A DNA stretch of 64,000 nucleotides from Phoronis australis (Eukaryota; Animalia; Phoronida): assembly GCA_002633005.1 (NCBI GenBank), contig NMRA01000230.1, positions 556,201-620,200 on the forward strand. The letters are read 5' to 3'. Made by a program: the position numbers and the translations under genes. The number at the start of each line of letters is the position of its first letter. Position 1 is the first letter of the stretch. Under the pieces are notes generated by a model, which ran no database searches, was not told the origin of the DNA, and saw nothing but the letters and a program-made list of their open reading frames with translations. This document shows positions 62,640-64,000 of the stretch, one piece after another.

Positions 62640-64000
62640 TGCATGTCGTGAACACATCCACTAGCACAAGAAACTGTAAGAACAGTGCATTTATCCACCT
62701 TCACTCTTATCAGGCTTCTATTGTGAGTCAGCATGCGTGAATAATTGGCTGATTAGCCACCTCTGGAACTACTTTTGGCTGAATGGATGACCAGGCCATA
62801 AAATGATAATTAGCCAAGACCAGTTACTAATGCAACAAGGAATAATGTTCTAGCATCACCTAGCCTTGGTGGAAAGCTGTACACTGTACACAGTATTGGC
62901 TCTAATAAACGCTTAGAAAAATTCATTTCACGGGGAGGGGATTCTTATTGCAGCCTACGGCAGTTGAAACCCGGTTTCCCAAACAGATAAAATCGGAAGC
63001 TAGGATTCATCGAATTTACGCTCTGTGACGTATTTTTAGCCTGTGACAGTCTTTCTACAAAATTGTGGTGCATTGCTATGAACTTCCGTTGTTAATTTAC
63101 GATAATTTTTCAAAAAAATTGTTCTCATCACAGGGCGAAAACTTAATTGCTGACTGATGCGTCGCTGAATCGCTATCGTCAATAGGAGAACTTGAACTCT
63201 TGAATAAAAATATAGTTTCGACTCAACAAATTACCTGAAATCTTCCTTATGTTTTACAATTTTTAAAGTTCACGTGGAGTACAGATTAATTGGAATTAAG
63301 TCCAAATCTGCGCTACATCGTACCCCACAACATGAGAAAAATCTCTCGATGAACACACATGTTGTTGTCACGTGACGTTTGTTTTGAACTTCGTCTGCGT
63401 ATGAGAGTGGGTGCCGGAGCGTGCGTGTGTGGGTCATCGACGATAGACTTTTTTGTTACAAAAGGCGGAGGATTATGCAGGAAAATGGCGTTTACTAGAT
63501 TGTTTTTTCATTTAAACGGATGCAACGTGCAAGGTGAGTGCTGGTTAACTCGTTAATTCGTTTTATCGTGTCCTTGTCAATAATAACGGCACGCTAAAGT
63601 TTCTTTATTTCTGTACTTCAGGAACATAACAATCACGTGTTTAGTACACATACGCGCACGCCGCAGATTACATCTCGGAAATTGCCGATTTGACGGATGA
63701 CAATGAATGAGCACAATGAAATTAAACAACGTCGTTTTACAGCTTGTAAGATTTATAATAAACGTATTTTGAATAATGCAATGCATTTGTTCCAAAATCT
63801 AAATAACTTGGGTCCTATATTTTTGTATTCGTGCGCGCCGATTGAAAGTAATTGTGAGTGTTGTTGTGTTGCAAAATCTCTTATCCTGCGCCGATTTGAA
63901 AAATTCAAAGTTGTACTCATATTTGTTTTCGCTCCTCTTTTCAAATATTACAGTAAAAACTACTAAAAACTCTCTCCATAAAAAGTACAGTCTGCTAAGT
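62640..64000. repeat. Right arm of the inverted duplication, running to the window edge
   Basis: Reverse complement of 56690-58357 and of 60575-61210. Confidence 0.9.

Overview
This is a eukaryotic (animal, probably marine invertebrate) genomic scaffold: AT-rich, with spliced genes and two assembly gaps (25295-25557, 33777-34531). It is not prokaryotic, so most ORF-track entries are spurious. Two minus-strand genes can be built by hand. (1) An apparently complete 11-exon gene (ATG 14862 to TAG 3721, 2022 nt, 673 aa) for an uncharacterised coiled-coil protein; all splice phases agree. (2) The 3' part of an immunoglobulin-superfamily surface gene: a phase-1 Ig exon (45939-46262), at least five homologous 30-36 nt phase-1 micro-exons (xT[I/V]KPT-type stalk peptides) and a candidate GPI-signal terminal exon (28665-28747). 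Three micro-exons lie in a recent 292-bp tandem array whose unit is half gene and half Helentron-type (HINE) element end; each unit adds a Ser-Gly-Glu-Gly peptide and a CTCF-like motif. The rest is dense transposon debris: HINE-like arrays, CMC/EnSpm-type elements with 2-bp TSDs, Harbinger and Tc1/mariner-type MITEs, BEL/Pao, Gypsy, LINE, DIRS/Ngaro-like and Kolobok-type remnants, a tRNA-derived SINE and a large inverted duplication at the right end. The palindrome TACATGTA is strongly over-represented. All family assignments come from motif recognition by eye; no database search was run.
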